From Parcubacteria group bacterium Greene1014_15 (GTDB lineage: Bacteria; Patescibacteriota; Minisyncoccia; Phycocordibacterales; VMGT01): DNA of 51,976 nt. A program made the position numbers and the translations under genes. Under the pieces are notes generated by a model, which ran no database searches, was not told where the DNA came from, and was given only the letters and a program-made list of their open reading frames with translations. This document shows, piece after piece, positions 48,660 to 51,976 of the stretch (position 1 is its first letter; every line of letters starts with the position of its first letter). Where the stretch lies: positions 1-51,976 of the forward strand of contig VMGT01000004.1 of NCBI GenBank assembly GCA_007376725.1. Reading direction: 5' to 3'.

Positions 48660-49565
48660 TTATTTTTTATCTAATAATATGTTTACAGCTTTCGTGACAA
48701 GCGGCAAAATGTCGTCGTAAAAATTCAGATCAACAATCTCGGAAAGTTTAAACCATCGCGCGTCGTCAAGACCTCCCCCCTCTTCGAGTTTAAGATCCTC
48801 GTGTTTCGCTTCGCCAAGAAAGTAGGTGACATTTTTGCGTTTCTTGCCGATCTCGGGATCATTCGCAATATACTCATTCTCGCCGAGCTTTTCCTTGATA
48901 TCGATATCAACTCCAATTTCTTCCTTAATTTTTCTGACAGTCCCAGGGAAAGGATCCTCTCCCGGAATCATACGCCCTTTCGAAAGCGTCCAGTGACCAA
49001 AAATATCGTGCACAAGCGCGAGGTAAATGTCATTTCCTTCGCGCGCATACACCACAGCGCCACCAAGCTGTTCGAGCGGCATTTTTTCATAAGGAACATC
49101 TTTGATCCTCACCTTTTTCCTCTTCGAAATCTCATCCTTTCCAGGTTCTCCGATCTCTTTATAGATCGCGCCGAGCACACCATTGATAAACTTGCCGCTG
49201 TTCTCGCCGCCGTATGTTTTAGCAAGTTCAATGGCCTCGTTAATCGCAACTTTCGCCGGCACTTCTTTGCGATCCGCAAACAGAAGCTCGTAGAGTCCGA
49301 GACGCAGCACATTTCGATCGACAACAGAAATTTTTTCAATAGGCCAATCGGGCGCAGCTTCCATAATGATCTTATCGAGCTGTTCGTGTTTACTTATAAC
49401 ACTCTTCATAAGCGCATCCATGAATGATGCATCCTTCACATCCGGAGCAAACTCCTCTATGTTGCGCATAAGAATTTCTGAAGGATCATCCGCGACCATA
49501 CCACGGAAGTCCCATTCAAAAAGCGCTTGCAAAACTATTGATCGTGAGAGGTGCCTATTTGCCAT
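48660..49565 (-). CDS. nusB: NusB fused to a Nudix-fold domain
   Basis: DRNVLRLGLYEL, INEAIELAKTYG, FINGVLG; C-terminal WTLSKG...GE...RKIKEEIG. Confidence 0.93.
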   Translation of the reverse strand: MANRHLSRSIVLQALFEWDFRGMVADDPSEILMRNIEEFAPDVKDASFMDALMKSVISKHEQLDKIIMEAAPDWPIEKISVVDRNVLRLGLYELLFADRKEVPAKVAINEAIELAKTYGGENSGKFINGVLGAIYKEIGEPGKDEISKRKKVRIKDVPYEKMPLEQLGGAVVYAREGNDIYLALVHDIFGHWTLSKGRMIPGEDPFPGTVRKIKEEIGVDIDIKEKLGENEYIANDPEIGKKRKNVTYFLGEAKHEDLKLEEGGGLDDARWFKLSEIVDLNFYDDILPLVTKAVNILLDKK

Positions 49566-49615
49566 GTATTGTTACTACGTGAAAGATCTTATCCAATTCG
49601 AGAGAGACGCGGTGC

Positions 49616-49846
49616 TTACTTCGCAGCGCTTTTCTCGCGTTCCTTTTTCTTTTTTTCCTTTCTTGTGATCGACGCAGAAGCGTCAAACACCGCCCTGCCT
49701 TGATATTTTCCGCAATTCTCGCATGCGCGATGACGCCGATGGGGAGAATTGCAGTCGTTACAGCGCGAAAGCCGCGGCTCTACGAGGGCGTGGTGACTTC
49801 TTCGGTTGCCCGTGTGCGCACGGGTATGTCTCATGCGATTAACCAT
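49616..49846 (-). CDS. rpmF: 50S ribosomal protein L32
   Basis: RRSHHAL, CNDC...HRACENCGKY zinc ribbon. Confidence 0.95.
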   Translation of the reverse strand: MVNRMRHTRAHTGNRRSHHALVEPRLSRCNDCNSPHRRHRACENCGKYQGRAVFDASASITRKEKKKKEREKSAAK

Positions 49847-49921
49847 AGTATGTCGTGTGTATTTTTGTATCCAAAGGCGCTTCTTCGATGCGTAACCGCA
49901 TCATATCTTGTTTTCTTCCGG

Positions 49922-50554
49922 TTAGCAAATGAGCAAACTTTTGAGATATGAACTGCGGTGAATCGGCGAAATACCGTATGCTGTAAGTGCAGCATAGTGG
50001 CCCTTGGTTCCATACCCTTTGTGCACTTCAAAACCATAGAGCGGGTAGAGCGTCGCAAGCTCCTTCATTTTCCGGTCACGCACCACTTTCGCGGCTATTG
50101 ATGCGAGAGAGATGATCGGCTCGGTTTCATCGCCGCGGACAATAGTTTCCTGATTCTTAAACATCTTCGGCGCATGAAGCGAACCATCAAGCAGCACGCG
50201 ACACACGTGCGGATCTACTTCAATTTTTCTAAGCACGGAAGAAATCCCCATTCGAACAGCAGACACAATACCCTCTGTATCTATTACAGTATGAGAAACA
50301 AGACCAACAGAGAATGACATTTTATTTTCTTTACGCAAAAAGACCATCCGTTCATACAATTCTTCGCGTCTTTTTTCCGACAGTTGTTTTGAATCACGTA
50401 TTCCCGGCAATGAAGAAAAGAGTGCGAGACAATCAGATTCTTTAATTATCACAGCGCCTACTGCGACAGGACCGGCAAGGGGCCCGCGACCCGCTTCGTC
50501 AATGCCGACAAGATACGTTAATGCTCGTTCCATCTTCATCATAGTAACGCACAT
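49922..50554 (-). CDS. rnhB: Ribonuclease HII
   Basis: GIDEAGRGPLAGPV, DSKQLS, ASIAAKV, HKGYGT; true start probably 50542 or 50533. Confidence 0.97.
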   Translation of the reverse strand: MCVTMMKMERALTYLVGIDEAGRGPLAGPVAVGAVIIKESDCLALFSSLPGIRDSKQLSEKRREELYERMVFLRKENKMSFSVGLVSHTVIDTEGIVSAVRMGISSVLRKIEVDPHVCRVLLDGSLHAPKMFKNQETIVRGDETEPIISLASIAAKVVRDRKMKELATLYPLYGFEVHKGYGTKGHYAALTAYGISPIHRSSYLKSLLIC

Positions 50555-50642
50555 ACGAGCACAGAACGAGGATATGTGTTACACTCTGGCAAGATTTAAT
50601 GAATATCAGTTTTATGACTAACTACGGTTGTGGAGTTTTGAT

Positions 50643-50984
50643 ATGCCATTTGATATAGAAAAGCGTATAAAAACTTTCGGCACATGTGTCATATCTGAAG
50701 AATGTGGGATTATAAGCGAATGTATGGCCTTTGCAGCAAGTAAGCGCTGCCTTGAAGACCTTGAGAACATTACTGCATATCTCGAGCGCAAAATTAAAAA
50801 TGGGGTTCAGTCACATCAGGAAGTTCATCGAGACGTTGAAAAATCAATGTATGGGTTACTCCGGCGGATTGTAAAAGACTTGATTCTTGAGACACAACAA
50901 CGCATAGCTGAGGATCAAAAATGGGCCTCCGTCAAACCCGAAGACTATAACATTCTGATCAAGCATCTCTACGACAACGGCTAG
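50643..50984 (+). CDS. Hypothetical protein
   Basis: GGAG SD before ATG 50643. Confidence 0.6.
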   Translation: MPFDIEKRIKTFGTCVISEECGIISECMAFAASKRCLEDLENITAYLERKIKNGVQSHQEVHRDVEKSMYGLLRRIVKDLILETQQRIAEDQKWASVKPEDYNILIKHLYDNG

Positions 50985-51074
50985 CAACTCACCGACCTGT
51001 ATCATCATCGATACGGGTCGGTTACATTTTGCGATTATTTTTGCAGCACGACATGTAAGATATATACTATCTCC

Positions 51075-51976
51075 ATGAGACCTCCATTCGTACACCTCCA
51101 CACGCACAGCCATTACTCTCTTCTTGACGGGCTTTCCAAAGTGAACGAAATGGTTGCGCTCGCGAAAAAGTATGGCATGCCGGCGATCGGCCTTACTGAC
51201 CACGGCAATATGTACGGCGCCATTGAATTTTATAAAGAGTGCAAAGCGGCAAAAATCAAACCCATAATCGGCGTCGAAGCCTATATCGCAAACCGCACGC
51301 GATTCGACAAAGAACCTTCAATCGACAACAAACGATATCATCTTACTCTTCTTGCAAAAAACAAGACCGGCTACGAGAACCTCATCAAGCTCGTAACCGC
51401 GTCCCATCTTGAAGGCTACTATTACAAGCCGCGTATGGACCTTGATGTATTGAAGACGCATTCCGAAGGGCTCATTTGTCTCTCTGGTTGTTTCGGTAGT
51501 GAACTTTCTCATGCACTGCGCAATAAAAATGAAAAAGAAGCGATACATGTCGCAGAGACGTACCGCGACATCTTCGGCGAAGAAAATTATTTCTTCGAGA
51601 TAATGCATCATCCAGGAGTACCTGGTCTTATGGATGTCCGCGCCGCCACAGTGGAACTCGGAAAAAAGCTTGCTATTCCTCTCGTCGCGACAGCAGACTC
51701 GCACTATCTCCACGAAGACGACGGGCGCGCACACGAGACACTGCTTGCGATACAAACCAACTCCGATATGAATGACGAGAACCGCTTTTCCATGGCCTCG
51801 GATCGTTTCGCGTTTATCACGACAGAGATCGCCTACGACTATTTCAAAGACACGCCAGAAGCTGTGGAGAACACCTCAAAAATCGCAGATATGTGCGACA
51901 TAACGCTTGAGCTCGGCAGTTGGGTATTCCCCGATCTGAAAATTGGAAAGGAAACCACGTATGACGAAGAGCTCCG
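51075..51976 (+). CDS. dnaE: DNA polymerase III alpha, PHP domain (partial, runs off window end)
   Basis: Absent from the ORF track; ATG 51075 MRPPFVHLHTHSHYSLLDG...TDHGNMYG...KPIIGVEAY. Confidence 0.97.
   Translation, partial: MRPPFVHLHTHSHYSLLDGLSKVNEMVALAKKYGMPAIGLTDHGNMYGAIEFYKECKAAKIKPIIGVEAYIANRTRFDKEPSIDNKRYHLTLLAKNKTGYENLIKLVTASHLEGYYYKPRMDLDVLKTHSEGLICLSGCFGSELSHALRNKNEKEAIHVAETYRDIFGEENYFFEIMHHPGVPGLMDVRAATVELGKKLAIPLVATADSHYLHEDDGRAHETLLAIQTNSDMNDENRFSMASDRFAFITTEIAYDYFKDTPEAVENTSKIADMCDITLELGSWVFPDLKIGKETTYDEEL

Noticed and set aside
51318-51755. 145-aa minus-strand ORF
   Set aside because: Antisense to the partial dnaE

Overview
A 52-kb segment of a bacterial chromosome in standard code 11. 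It is most likely Patescibacteria/CPR (Parcubacteria-like); this is an inference from the short AtpH, short RpoB, short SMC, NusB-Nudix fusion, rpsP-khpA-trmD without rimM, and apparently leaderless core genes. Core genes: F-ATPase operon (atpZ/I-F-H-A-G-D-C, lacking atpB and atpE), hisS, dsbA-like, large purL, ferredoxin, UvrD-nuclease, dnaG-rpoD, rpoB-rpoC, rpsP-khpA-trmD, rnr, rnhB-rpmF-nusB-rnc-smc and a partial dnaE. The top candidate novel system is at 1-3140: an hfaA-hfaB(csgG)-hfaD-like holdfast-anchor/curli-type operon with an OmpA-like tail and a His-rich subunit, divergent from a LysM-like exported protein, in a lineage thought to lack an outer membrane. A second theme is ten intergenic long palindromes (MITE/REP/RPE-like), many inside core operons, with covarying terminal repeats and a shared internal-loop motif. 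All family assignments come from motif recognition by eye; no searches were run. No rRNA, tRNA or CRISPR array was seen.
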